Origin: Rhynchobatus australiae
Lineage: Eukaryota
DNA length: 59,306 bases
Direction: 5' to 3'
Assembly (NCBI GenBank): GCA_034780895.1
Contig: JAUZTB010000076.1
Span: 60,416,069 to 60,475,374, forward strand
The translations under genes and the position numbers were made by a program. This document shows positions 23,249-35,512 of the stretch, one piece after another. Numbering within the stretch: the first letter of the stretch is position 1; every line of letters begins with the position of its first letter. The notes under the pieces were generated by a model. The model saw only the letters and a program-made list of their open reading frames with translations. It was not told the DNA's origin and made no database searches.

Positions 23249-23797
23249 CTATGGAAATCAATGGAAGTGAATGAAGGATAAAATGCTGACTGTCTCAGTG
23301 GGAAATGATGGATGGGTCAAGCATTTGTTAGTGGTGTAGCCTGCAGAATATAGTCAACATTATCTCAGAATAAAGTCAGGCAAAAATCAGTTCTTAACAA
23401 CTATCTGCAGATCTTGTTATATGACTGGACAGAAATGAAGCTGTAGATTTAACATTTCTGCAGAATGTTAGATTTATACCTGCACCCTCACATTCAGGAA
23501 ATCAGAATGCTGAAGGCACCCATGAACTTCGTTGACACACTTCTTTAATTTGTCTTTAGAATTACCTTCTCCAACATTCACTGTAAACGGCCTGATCCTC
23601 TTGATTAAACTATTCACTCTTGCATATTCACTTTGACTTTAAGAATTACAAAATACAAATTATGGCCATTACAGCTCAAAAACTGGCAGGCATTTCAATA
23701 TTAAATAAATAATCAACCTCAGCCAACACCACACTCAAGAAAAAATGGACACACACAGCTGAGAGTAATGTGGCACATGCAGCACTGCATAACATAC

Positions 23798-24034
23798 TTG
23801 GTAAAATTGGCAAGGTTCTGGATGACTTTGGCGATCAGGGTGAGAGTGCGAGAAGTTCGATCATCCGGNNNNNNNNNNNNNNNNNNNNNNNNNNNNNNNN
23901 ACATAATTGCAGGACAGAGGAAACGTAGGAAGAGTGAGGCACTGATCAGGCGCTCGCTGGTTTCATGCTTCCCACGGATTAAACATTGCTGCTTCCATGA
24001 GGCAAAGACTTCTTTAAGTTCCCGTGGAAACACA
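23798..24034 (-). CDS. RASAL2: RASAL2 RasGAP signature exon ([10 protein letters not shown]...[10 protein letters not shown]...[10 protein letters not shown]), 237 nt, phase 2-2
   Basis: tctcag acceptor and GTATGT donor; FLR signature. The internal 32-N gap preserves the frame. Confidence 0.97.
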
Positions 24035-24618
24035 CTGAGAAAAACAGAAAAAATAGATGAGTGAAGTGGCAGACAAGCTGACATTTGGCCCACACAGACA
24101 TCAACCTCCTCCCTCATCCATCATGGATGTAGCTGTCTCTCTACTGCAATATCCCAGTTCTGAGGAAGTGCCTTGTCCAGTTCATTTATCTGTCTTCCTC
24201 CTTCAGTTAATTGCTAATTTTTCTGATGCACAATCAGAATTGTAGTGTTTATATTTCCTCATACTGGGCTTGAGATCATCTTCTGGTTATTTTCTTCACA
24301 TAACAAAATTCTCCTTAAAATAATTAACTTCCACAAAATATTTCTTTCAGAGTAGGTGTAAGAAAGAGGAAGAAAAATACAAATTCATCACTAATGGGAA
24401 AACTAAACGTAGAAAATTAAACATAATAAATAAAATTTCGAACTGCCAAATAGCAACCTGGAAGATTTTTGTGACCCAAGATGTGCAGTGGATTTCTGGA
24501 TCAATGGAAGTGCAGGGGATGGTTAAGGGCCACAGAAAGCTCAAGAGACAGGTACATGAATGCCCGAGGATTGCTCAATGGCTTCCCTCTTGACTCATTA
24601 ATTTATGGTGTTGATATA

Positions 24619-25147
24619 CAGTAAGACTCTGATAATCTGGCACACTTGGTACTTTGGTGGTGCTAGACTAGCAGATTTTCTGGAGTGTTGGATGGCATTT
24701 CTATTAATCAACACCCTATTAATTTACTTTTCTAGATGTTACATAGTATAACAATAGATTTTCCAGTGAACCAGGTTGGTTGAAAGGAAATACAGGAACT
24801 GGGGCCCCAGTGAGTGGAAAAGGGAACCTCAGAACCAGGGTCCTTGTGAGTGAAAGGAGAGCCTGGGAACCAGGGCCTCCATGAGTATTGAGGCAGTGTG
24901 GGAACCAGGGCCTCCATGAGTATTGAGGCAGTGTGGGAACCAGAGCCCTCGTGAGTGGAATAGGAGTATGGGAACTGGGGTCCCAGTGGAGGGAATGCAG
25001 AAACAGGGGCCCCCTTGAGTGGAAAAGGAAGTGTGGGAACTAGGGCCCTAGTGAATGGGAAAGGGAGCAAACATCACCGGGTGAGACAGATGCCAGAACA
25101 GCTGGATTTCCAAAGTGTTGAATAGCAGATTATTGGAGTTTTGTTGG
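24619..25147. mobile_element. Tc1/pogo(Tigger)-like MITE with an internal 35-bp minisatellite
   Basis: Imperfect TIRs CAGTAAGACTCTGATAATCTG / CAGATTATTGGAGTTTTGTTGG, flanked by TA at 24617-24618 and 25148-25149. Confidence 0.55.
24795..25070. repeat. Degenerate ~35-bp tandem repeat
   Basis: TGGGAACCAGGGCCTCCATGAGTATTGAGGCAGTG occurs exactly at 24864 and 24899, with roughly six more diverged units around it. Confidence 0.85.
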
Positions 25148-25256
25148 TACCACTACATGCCAGACCATTAGAAAATCTGACCTGCTCTTTGAAAAAGTTA
25201 CAATTATTTTTCAGTTGAATCTCCCTTCATTTCCTCCCTAAATGACAGTTTCTTAC

Positions 25257-25401
25257 CAGTAGGAGTTGATAATCTTGCAGAAGGCCAATTCACAACACAT
25301 TTTGAGGTTACTCTGATGTTCTGGCAGTTCACTGGATGAACACTTACTCTGGTCCACCTCGCAATTTTCATCTGATTCATAAAGTGCCTTTATGAACTCT
25401 C
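25257..25401 (-). CDS. RASAL2: RASAL2 RasGAP exon ([16 protein letters not shown]...FCKIINSY), 145 nt, phase 1-2
   Basis: cttcag acceptor and GTAAGA donor. Confidence 0.96.
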
Positions 25402-25829
25402 CTGAAGCAGGATACAAGCAGGTTGAATTAGTGAGGATGTCACCAGGTTAATATTATCATTTACAGGAACAGTACATTCTAAACTGAAAGAACAGTGACA
25501 CCTCATTTGTTCAAAGAGGATCAAACTCTTGCCTCTGTGCTCACTGATCGTCACTGAGCACAATGTTAAGNNNNNNNNNNNNNNNNNNNNNNNNNNNNNN
25601 NNNNNNNNNNNNNNNNNNNNNNNNNNNNNNNNNNNNNNNNNNNNNNNNNNNNNNNNNNNNNNNNNNNNNNCACTGAGCACAATGTTAAGAAATAGAAAAG
25701 AACACTGATAATTTGCAGCAATAAAATCTCTTTTTATTCATCAAACAAGTCCAGCAGCAAAATCAACAGGGGAATTGCTTCTTATGAATCTGTTGGTTAT
25801 TCTGAGGGTGTAATATCAAGGGTATATTG

Positions 25830-26700
25830 GGGGGAAATCAGTGAATGTAGTGTGTTTAATTTTTGAAAGATATTCAATAAGGTGCCATAGAGGCATTTAT
25901 GGAAGATTAGACCTCAAGGAATTGGGTTTGAGAAAAATTAAGAGCAAGAATAAACCTCATTTATGGGTGTAACCAGTGAATCCGTGTTCGAATCTGAGCA
26001 ATGTACCTATAACAATGATTTTCATCAGGGAGCTGAGTGCAACATAGCTCAATGTTCAGAAAATATAAAGGCAGGTAGAAAGTAAGCATGAAAAGATTAT
26101 GGTTAAGTGATTGGGCATGAAGATGATACTTGGAGTGAAGTATGGCAAACTTATTTACTGGGGTACAAAGAAAAAAGGCAGAATAATGTTTACAATGCAA
26201 GAACTTGACATTTGGGAATTTTGGGGGTGCTTCCATAGGAATAATAGTAACTAAGCAAGCTTGCAGAGTAATCAATTTGGAAGGTACTTTTCATTTTAGG
26301 CTTCACTACAAGAGGGTGGGAGTTAGAGTGTAAGAAGGTGCTGTACGTACACAGGGCTTGGGGAGACCACCCTGGTCACAATTTGGTTTCCTTCACCAAG
26401 GAAGGATTTATTTGCTTTAGAGGGGTGCTCAATAGATTTATTGCTGAGATGAAAAGTTGTCTTTTGAAATAAGACTGAATAGTGTATGCTTATATTCTCT
26501 GGAGTTCAGAAGAATTAGAAGTGGTCTCATGACATTTTAGGGTTTGACAGGGCAGGCGCTGAGAGGCTATTATATTTATAAAAAATAGTATGGTATATTA
26601 TTCATTCCCTATTTGAACATGTCCTCCTTAAAGGAAANNNNNNNNNNNNNNNNNNNNNNNNNNNNNNCAGGGGATTCCAGGAAAGGTTCCTGGTCAACTT
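25830..26700 (+). mobile_element. Highly decayed CR1 RT/3' fragment
   Basis: Remnants of the FDKVP region, of the YSLEFRR.R.GL region and of the 3' tail. Confidence 0.5.
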
Positions 26701-27266
26701 TTTCCACTGGAGATAATTTTAAGAACCAAATATCCCTGTGCATGCTGTCACAGGGCACCAGCACCACAGTGTCAGCACCAGCACCACAGTGTCAGAACCA
26801 GCAGCACACCTCCTGTGCTGCCTACGTCTTGGTCTGTACCCTTCAATAGATTTGCGTAAATCAACCTCAGATTTGAAATTAACCTTGAGGACAACTATGG
26901 CCAGCAGTTGCTTCTGAGTCTGAAGACATGTTTCAACAACAACTGTAAATTCAGGTAAACTTCTCTCATGGCACAACTTTGTCGCTTCTGTGCAAGAAGA
27001 TTGACAGTTTCCTAATAATGCAAGAAGACTGAAGAATATCCCAGGTAAATCTAGTCAAACTCTGTCATTATTTATATCTGGAGGAGGGGTATAGGGTATC
27101 TTTGAAATACAATGTTTGTCATCCTCCCTCACATACTTCTGCATATTTTCCTCCGTCCAAAGGGATTAGAGACAGTGGTAATCAGAACCTCCCCCACAGC
27201 ACCTGAGCTATAGCAGCAGCATCAGTGAACATCAAACAAACTTATTCATCCATTATTGTATCTCAC

Positions 27267-27411
27267 CTAAGGCATCATGGAGGTACTTCTGGCCAACAAG
27301 CTTCAAATACTCCTCTATGGCTTTTGTTGCTAAGGTATTTTCCCTGAAGAGGAGAACATCGTGCTCCCCACATCGATCTACCTCAGACATAACCAAGTCT
27401 GTAAGAAAATC
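27267..27411 (-). CDS. RASAL2: RASAL2 RasGAP exon ([48 protein letters not shown]), 145 nt, phase 0-1
   Basis: attcag acceptor and GTGAGA donor; contains the arginine finger FRENT. Confidence 0.97.
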
Positions 27412-28399
27412 CTGAATGGAGAAAGAATTAAGAGCCTCAGTGGTGGGTAACAGCTGATGTTCTATAATGTGTTGAGAAAAATGAAATTTTCACTAATATT
27501 AGCACTCACATAGCTTCAATCCAAAGTGATTAAAAGCAGTTTATAGAAGCACAGAGACTGGAAATGAGGCATATCGAGGCAAACAGAAATGTATGGGAGT
27601 GAATTATTCCCTGTTACCTACTGTGTAAAGGAACTGGCACTGAGCCATACAAGGGAGAAGAAAGAAGTTAACACACTCTCAACATGTGACTGTTTTATGG
27701 ATGGCATAGGTTCAGTTTAATTCTTTAAATGTAGTCGCTGGAAAATGGAAGCAGTATAAAAACTGCTATTTCTGAGACACTTGCTTGGAAACCAAGATCA
27801 AATATCGTCACTGAGATCTTGACATTCAAGAACATTTGATATTGAAATCCTCTTGTGTGAATATTCCAACACATAAAGTTATCCAAAAGTCTGATTGGTA
27901 AGAAGCAGAGATTATCTGTTTCCAACACAACTGGACTTAATACAAACTATGCTGAAGTTTGTAAAACATAATAAAGATTGAGTAGCAGCATGAGGGGCTT
28001 ACTGAAAAAAAATCAAGTGGTTCCAAGGAATCACAATCAACATCCATCTCCTTTATCTTTTAGGCAGTCCGGGGTAATTTGAACCAGTGTAATGTTACAG
28101 AAGGTACTACTCTGAATTAGTTACTAAGACATAATGGGGTGAGGTCAAATTAACAACAACAATTCAGTTATTAACCTGAGAACACTGTGCAATAAATAAC
28201 ACAATCAATCACACAAATGCTTAGAACCACATTTCTCAAAAGCATTAATTAAACAAAAAGACCAAATATTAACCAATCAAAATAGACATTAACAAGAGAC
28301 AGAGTTTAAGCAAAACTGACTGCAACAATGTGTGGTGGAATCACCTTCCAAACCATTTAGTTGCACTAAAGCCAGAAATTTTATGTTAGATAGGTTACA

Positions 28400-28735
28400 G
28401 TCACATAATCATGGAAACGGCATGGAAATAGGCCCTTCAGTCTACCGAGTCCACATCAACCATCAAGCACTCACACTGACACTAGTTCTACCCTAGGCTA
28501 TTGTACTCTCCTAGTATTCTCATCAATTTCCCCCCTGATTCTACCACACATCTACATACAAGAGGTAATCTACAGTGGTCAATTAACTTATCAACCTGCA
28601 CATCTTTGGGATGTAGGAGGAAACCAGAGGAAACCCATACAATCACAGGGAAAATGTGCAAACTCCAGACAGCAGCCAAAGTCAGGTCACTGGAGCAATG
28701 AGGCAGCAGCTCTCCCAGCTGCACTATTGTGCCAC
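28400..28735 (-). mobile_element. tRNA-derived V-SINE (HE1-like) with CR1-derived tail
   Basis: Minus strand: GGCACAATAGTGCAGCTGGGAGAGCTGCTGCCTCA head, then V-domain TGGAGTTTGCAC..GGGTTTCCTCTGGTTTCCTCC.ACATCCCAAAGA, then tail GAAGGGCCTATTTCCATGC. Confidence 0.75.
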
Positions 28736-29414
28736 TTATTAGTTTTATCAACTGGTTGTTTTGGATCTTTCCNNNNNNNNNNNNNNNNNNNNNNNNNNNN
28801 NNNNNNNNNNNNNNNNNNNNNNNNNNNNNNNNNNNNNNNNNNNNNNNNNNNNNNNNNNNNNNNNNNNNNNNNCCCACCTCCCAGCATTGAACCCAGGCAA
28901 GGGTTCCAAAGTGACTCAACTATTTGCCCCTGTGCTGCAGTACCTGAACATCAATTCTTAATCCAGATGTACACACACTGGGGGAACTAGAGTGAAGACA
29001 CCACCCAAAACGTTGGAAAATTTAAAGCTAATCTACTCAAAATGACAGCAATGATTTGCTTATGTCAGGACTCTCTGGAGTGGTTTCAGGGTATTAGATT
29101 CCCAGTTTCCCATTAACTTGATCCAAGCAAGAGAATGAAGATCAACATCATTGTGCTCACTAATTGCCTCAAACTGTTATAACAAATGGTTCCAGCCATT
29201 TGTCCTTTATGCATGTTTTTATTATGGCTCTTTATTCAGAGAACACAGCACAGTTGCAGTGCTGTTCAATAGAAAAGAGCCAAGGGAAAAGAAGAAGAGA
29301 CAAGCATCTGCATCAACACTAGTGATGCAAGTCCACAGCATAAAAGGTCACTAATGGCAGGAGGTTATATAAGTGTTAGCAGCAAGTATAATATCAACTG
29401 GCAACTTATATTTT

Positions 29415-30155
29415 TTGAAAACAGAAAACTGAGCACATCAGGCAATATCTGGAGAGAGAAACAAACTATGTTTCAGATTGATGATTATCGGGATTAGGAT
29501 AAATTGGAGGTAAACATGTTTTAAAGATGCAGAAATGGGAAGGAGGGTGTGTTCTAGGGGAAATTGGAGGAGAAATTAAATGACTGATGATGAGAGTGAA
29601 AGGAACAGGGTGGGAATGGGATGAGAGGCTAATGATAAGTTGAGAGAGGGAAGGCAGCAGCAGCAAGGCCATCAAGTCTTCATTTGGTGATAGGTCCAAC
29701 GTGAAACAAACAAATGTTGTATACATATTTGAAAATAGAAGTATTTTGCTGTTTCACCTAGAAAGGGTGTTTGGTTTCTTGGATGCTGGGAAAGGGGGAT
29801 GCAAAAGAGCAAGTACTGTACCTTATGTGGTTGGAAGGTAAGATGCTTTGGGAAGGGAAGGTTTCTTTACAAATACAGAAAGGAGAGTGGAAGATGGGTC
29901 TGGGGATCGCTGTAAATGTTGAATGTTGGAAATGGCAGATGACGACCCACTGAACTTTTGGTTTGCCAAAAGATGGATTCAGGAGTAATCTCACCACAAA
30001 ATGGGAGATGGGGAAAAGGAAGAGGGCAGAAAATGTGCCAAATGGAACGGACAGATCAAAGCAAATGCAGTGCAGAGAATTTAAGGAAAAGGAAACAGCA
30101 TTTTATCTTCCAACAATTCCATCTTAAAGGTTCAACACTGAGTTCGACAATTCAT
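29415..30155. mobile_element. Decayed Penelope-like fragments in both orientations
   Basis: Minus-strand pLTR and GIY-YIG-proximal sequence, plus a plus-strand KQHFIF..GFN.EFDN-like end at ~30090-30150. Confidence 0.5.
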
Positions 30156-33052
30156 GACAGGAAGCATTTTTGTTTTGCAGATTTACAACAAATGCAGTAA
30201 TTTTGTAACTTTAGATATTGATTTTTTTCTTGCAGATACACCAATGTGCTACAATTGATGAATCAGCAATGGTTAAATATCATATTTGGTGTATGTTATC
30301 CAGGACCTCCCACAGGCAGGTCTTGGCTTGAATGTTTTGTCTATTTATGATCAAATGACCTAGCCATGCTCAGAATTTTGACTCACATCAAGATGGACTA
30401 CTTTGCTGAAGTACTTAGCACCTGCTGGACTACATCTCAGGATCAGTCAGCAGTGGATGAAGAGTGAAAATGTGGAGGAATTATCAAATAGCAAGTCCAC
30501 CAGCCTCTGTAAATCAACTCACTTAACCTTTATGAAAGATCGCCTTCAAGATAATGATTCAAAGCCAAGCAGTTTTCAGGTGGCAAGTGATCCCACCCAT
30601 ATCTCATTCCTGTGTTCAGGTACATCCCTCTTGGTCGGACAATTCAAACATAATAATGCAAACCTTTGAACATGTTTGTGAAATTTTCACCAAATGCAAA
30701 ATTACACTATTTCATGTTATAAATAAAATTTAAGAAGTCCAAACTTCTGTAATTTATTATAAGTTAAATCACAATATTCAATATTATTTGTCTTTCTGTA
30801 TTCTGCTTGCTCTCCTGAAGACCCTTTGATGAGGTTTGGGACAAATTTCTAATCAGGGCAAAGAAATGTACCTTGAAAATAGCAAATCATTTTAAAGAGG
30901 AGATATGAAGATTATATCAAAGAACAGCTTAACACAACATTCTAGCTAATCAGAAAGTAGATCATTTTACACCTCTCTCATTCACTGTAGCACTCAGAAG
31001 ACACAAAAGTCAAACCTATGATTCGCCAGGACAGTTCAAGGTAATACTGGACTTGCATATTTATGGTATCTTTCATTAGCCTAGGATATTTGAAAGAGCT
31101 TCAGGGCCAAAGGAGTTGAAGTTCTTTTGTTATATCAGAAATGCAGGAGCCAATTTTAGCACAAGNNNNNNNNNNNNNNNNNNNNNNNNNNNNNNNNNNN
31201 NNNNNNNNNNNNNNNNNNNNNNNNNNNNNNNNNNNNNNNNNNNNNNNNNNNNNNNNNNNNNNNNNNNNNNNNNNNNNNNNNNNNNNNNNNNNNNNNNNNN
31301 NNNNNNNNNNNNNNNNNNNNNNNNNNNNNNNNNNNNNNNNNNNNNNNNNNNNNNNNNNNNNNNNNNNNNNNNNNNNNNNNNNNNNNNNNNNNNNNNNNNN
31401 NNNNNNNNNNNNNNNNNNNNNNNNNNNNNNNNNNNNNNNNNNNNNNNNNNNNNNNNNNNNNNNNNNNNNNNNNNNNNNNNNNNNNNNNNNNNNNNNNNNN
31501 NNNNNNNNNNNNNNNNNNNNNNNNNNNNNNNNNNNNNNNNNNNNNNNNNNNNNNNNNNNNNNNNNNNNNNNNNNNNNNNNNNNNNNNNNNNNNNNNNNNN
31601 NNNNNNNNNNNNNNNNNNNNNNNNNNNNNNNNNNNNNNNNNNNNNNNNNNNNNNNNNNNNNNNNNNNNNNNNNNNNNNNNNNNNNNNNNNNNNNNNNNNN
31701 NNNNNNNNNNNNNNNNNNNNNNNNNNNNNNNNNNNNNNNNNNNNNNNNNNNNNAGAGAGAAACAGAAGATATTTAAAACCGAACAAGAAAGTATCAGAAA
31801 TCTCAGTCTCAGCAATAAATATCTCAAGGTACAAATTAAACAATAAACCACTCCGATATAAAATCGAGAACAGAAAATGAAAATACACTAAATTCCTATA
31901 GTGGGAATTATTTCAATTGCTTAAGCTTCAAAATATTGTGACTGAATGGCAAACAAGACAAAGTTGTAGAGAAGTAATATTTACTTTCAATCAATGACAA
32001 CAATTTGCAAAAGCCAAGAGAGAAGTCCAAAGACTCTGAGACCAGGAATGCTGGGGATATACACAGTTGACAGTTTGGACAATCCAGCCCATTTTGACAA
32101 AGGCCTGACACTGCAGGATCTGCAATTTCTACACTGTTGCAATATATACTGTATGGGCACCATCAATGGCTGTATTTTATGGGTCGGTCGAAGATGGTGT
32201 TGATAAAAAGGCTTCAGCTACAATGGATCCGAGCAACATCTGATATTGCAACATCTTTAATAATTCAAGCTAAATCATCTCATGTTCAACAGCAAGGGAT
32301 GCCAAAATTATGATGTGGATGGATATGGAAGATTGCTTTTTAGAAAGTTGAAATTTTACTCTAAGCAAAGTGAGTGACATCCATATTGAACAATAGAATC
32401 TTTTCTGCTTTCGGAAGGCTGATAAAGAACTGAATGGTCTTAGAAAGTGTGGGTTCTCTCTGTGTACCCCAGTGATAATGGTTCAAATGTAATCGCAGAA
32501 GAGCAAAACTGTGATGATGTAATAATATTCCCTATTCTCCCCAGCTATCCTTCATCAGTGAGCCTCAGCACTAACTGGCAACTGACTTTACAGGGTCGTT
32601 GGGCGGCAATCACTCTTGGCGTCCCTGCCTGGTGTCATGTTACAAGGCCAATGTGTTTTCATTTTGCGTTGTCTCACTGTATTGGAGTTCAAATCCAGNN
32701 NNNNNNNNNNNNNNNNNNNNNNNNNNNNNNNNNNNNNNNNNNNNNNNNNNNNNNNNNNNNNNNNNNNNNNNNNNNNNNNNNNNNNNNNNNNNNNNNNNNN
32801 NNNNNNNNNNNNNNNNNNNNNNNNNNNNNNNNNNNNNNNNNNNNNNNNNNNNNNNNNNNNNNNNNNNNNNNNNNNNNNNNNNNNNNNNNNNNNNNNNNNN
32901 NNNNNNATACACTACAGAAAAACACAGAAGGATTTCATTAGTCAAATTTGCTGATAAGGGGCGTCAATATTCTTAACTGGTTCAGTTTATTACCACAGAA
33001 AAAAATGACACAAAAGTCCCAATGTTACTGTAGTATTTATTTCTTTGCCTAC

Positions 33053-33625
33053 CTTTGCACGACCAGTACTTTGCAAGATGTGAACAAGTGCACAGGCCAT
33101 CTCTTCTTTGTTCTTCACACTGATAACTGGTTCCAGAACAGAGCACAACATGGTGTAGTTATTGGTGACAAACTCTGCAAACTCCTTATACTGTTCCATA
33201 GGAAGAATGGCAATTGTCTGATAGCGACATTTAATGCGGATACAAGGGCTTCCTCCTTTGCCCTTGTTTGGGTTTGGTGTGCTGACAGGGTACCATTTCT
33301 CTATGAACTGCCGTCCAGTGACACTGGTGATGGGAATATTGATCAATCCCACATAATTATTCTTATCTTTCTTTTTCTTCTTGTCCATATCCTTGTAAAT
33401 ATGTACAGTGATGTTCCTGACCATTGGCAAAGTGTAAAATTCAAAGTGCTCACCCAAAAACAGGTTATCTGCTTTCATTTTACTGGTTGTTCGTGCATAA
33501 AGTGTGTCATCCAGGCACAGTTCACAGAAGTACCTCTTTTTAGGNNNNNNNNNNTTTTTAGGGGCTAAGTCTTTTGCTTCAATAATCCAGAGACGGAGTA
33601 CATTTTCTGCACGGCGACAGTTGTC
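33053..33625 (-). CDS. RASAL2: RASAL2 C2-domain exon ([18 protein letters not shown]...QSTGRAK), phase 0-0; true length probably 555 nt after removing an 18-nt gap artefact
   Basis: tgcag acceptor and GTAGGC donor; [33 protein letters not shown]. Confidence 0.97.
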
Positions 33626-34074
33626 CTGCAAACATAAAGCAGTGCATCTATCAATATGTTTTAATCCATTCATTTCTTGATTGTTTTTCATCTGTCCAAA
33701 AGACCCACCCACCCAGGTTACCGAGTCCAAAGCATGCCATTTTTACAAGTTGATAATGATGGTGATGACGGGTAGAATTGAAAGGCTGGGCATTTGGACC
33801 CAGCACGATTTACTTTCCCCTCTAATTTCCCTTGTTTTTCATAACGTGATAGCCTGCGGCACGTTTGGTGTNNNNNNNNNNNNNNNNNNNNNNNNNNNNN
33901 NNNNNNNNNNNNNNNNNNNNNNNNNNNNNNNNNNNNNNNNNNNNNNNNNNNNNNNNNNNNNNNNNNNNNNNATAACGTGATAGCCTGCGGCACGTTTGGT
34001 GTCTTTTCCCAATAATGGAGCTGGAATCAAACACTGACATGTGGGGCATCAAAAGAGACAATCCTGCCAACCAC

Positions 34075-34225
34075 TCCTCATAGAGTCACAGAGTAATACA
34101 GCACATACGGAGGCCCTTCAGCCCAACTCATCCATGCCAACCAAGACACCCACCTGAGCACGTCTCAGTTGGCCATGTTTGGCCCATATCCCTCTAAACC
34201 GTTCCTATCCATGTACTTATCCAAA
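34075..34225 (-). mobile_element. Short CR1 3' tail
   Basis: Reverse complement of GGATAAGTACATGGATAGG..GAGGGATATGGGCCAAAC..GAAGGGCC. Confidence 0.75.
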
Positions 34226-35461
34226 CTTCTCCTGGGCAATTCAGAAACATGTAATGGTTCACTTTACTAGTACTTTATATGGTTTATCTGGCAATATTAA
34301 ATCAAGTAGTTTTCTAACACTGAATCTTGAGGAGTGATAACTGGCAATCGAGAGCATCCAGTATTTTTGAGTGCTTTCAATGGTCAAAATGTAGTTTAAA
34401 TAAGGATCTATTTAATAACCTGTTATCTGAATCATCAGCTGTCTCCTTGAAGATTAAAATTCTAATTTAAATCAGGGGTTATGCTAATAATTACTCTTAC
34501 TAATGACCAAGAATAAAATAGCAAGGAAATGGGGTTTCAATAACTGTGAAATTGTGAAACTGGTGACAGGGATTCAAACACTTTTTGCTCATTTGCAAAA
34601 TTTCATGAGCAATTATTTTTCAGCTGTTTTACAGATCATCTTAAATAATAATCTTAGGATGNNNNNNNNNNNNNNNNNNNNNNNNNNNNNNNNNNNNNNN
34701 NNNNNNNNNNNNNNNNNNNNNNNNNNNNNNNNNNNNNNNNNNNNNNNNNNNNNNNNNNNNNNNNNNNNNNNNNNNNNNNNNNNNNNNNNNNNNNNNNNNN
34801 NNNNNNNNNNNNNNNNNNNNNNNNNNNNNNNNNNNNNNNNNNNNNNNNNNNNNNNNNNNNNNNNNNNNNNNNNNNNNNNNNNNNNNNNNNNNNNNNNNNN
34901 NNNNNNNNNNNNNNNNNNNNNNNNNNNNNNNNNNNNNNNNNNNNNNNNNNNNNNNNNNNNNNNNNNNNNNNNNNNNNNNNNNNNNNNNNNNNNNNNNNNN
35001 NNNNNNNNNNNNNNNNNNNNNNNNNNNNNNNNNNNNNNNNNNNNNNNNNNNNNNNNNNNNNNNNNNNNNNNNNNNNNNNNNNNNNNNNNNNNNNNNNNNN
35101 AAATGTTCAAAACTATAATCATGGCAAATTATTATTTTTTGATGAGGTGGAATAGAAGGCAGGAAAAATAACCTTCCTCAGCTCAACCAAAATAAGGGTC
35201 TTGTTGCATGTTATTACTGCAATCAGTAATTTAGCCTGCTTTCAAACAAAAAAAAAATCCATCGATCCAAAAAAGAACATTTAAAGAACTGAAGACCTAT
35301 GTAGTGAAAGTGTCCTATGTATAAATTAACATACATTTAGAGAAAACATAAGAAGCCGCAGATGTGAATGCAGAAGAATTAATAATCTCAGGTGAAAGAG
35401 TGCAATAATTAATTGACACCGATGGGAAACACAGAAAAATGTCAGTGGGACAGTACCAAGT

Positions 35462-35462
<1 letters not shown>

Positions 35463-35509
<47 letters not shown>
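35463..35509. repeat. (CG)4(CA)19 microsatellite
   Basis: Directly visible. Confidence 0.95.

Positions 35510-35512
<3 letters not shown>

Noticed and set aside
24795-25070. Regularly spaced ~35-bp repeats as a possible CRISPR array
   Set aside because: Vertebrate context, contiguous units without unique spacers, and no cas genes.
25551-25690. Direct repeats flanking 100-N gaps (also 20305-20464, 33841-34002, 44343-44543)
   Set aside because: These look like unmerged contig overlaps or haplotype ends, not biological tandem repeats.
33537-33562. Apparent 6-codon insertion (PKXXXXPKK) in the RASAL2 C2 exon
   Set aside because: TTTTTAGG is duplicated on both sides of a 10-N gap (8+10 = 18 nt). 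This is an unmerged overlap; the real sequence is probably APKKRYF.
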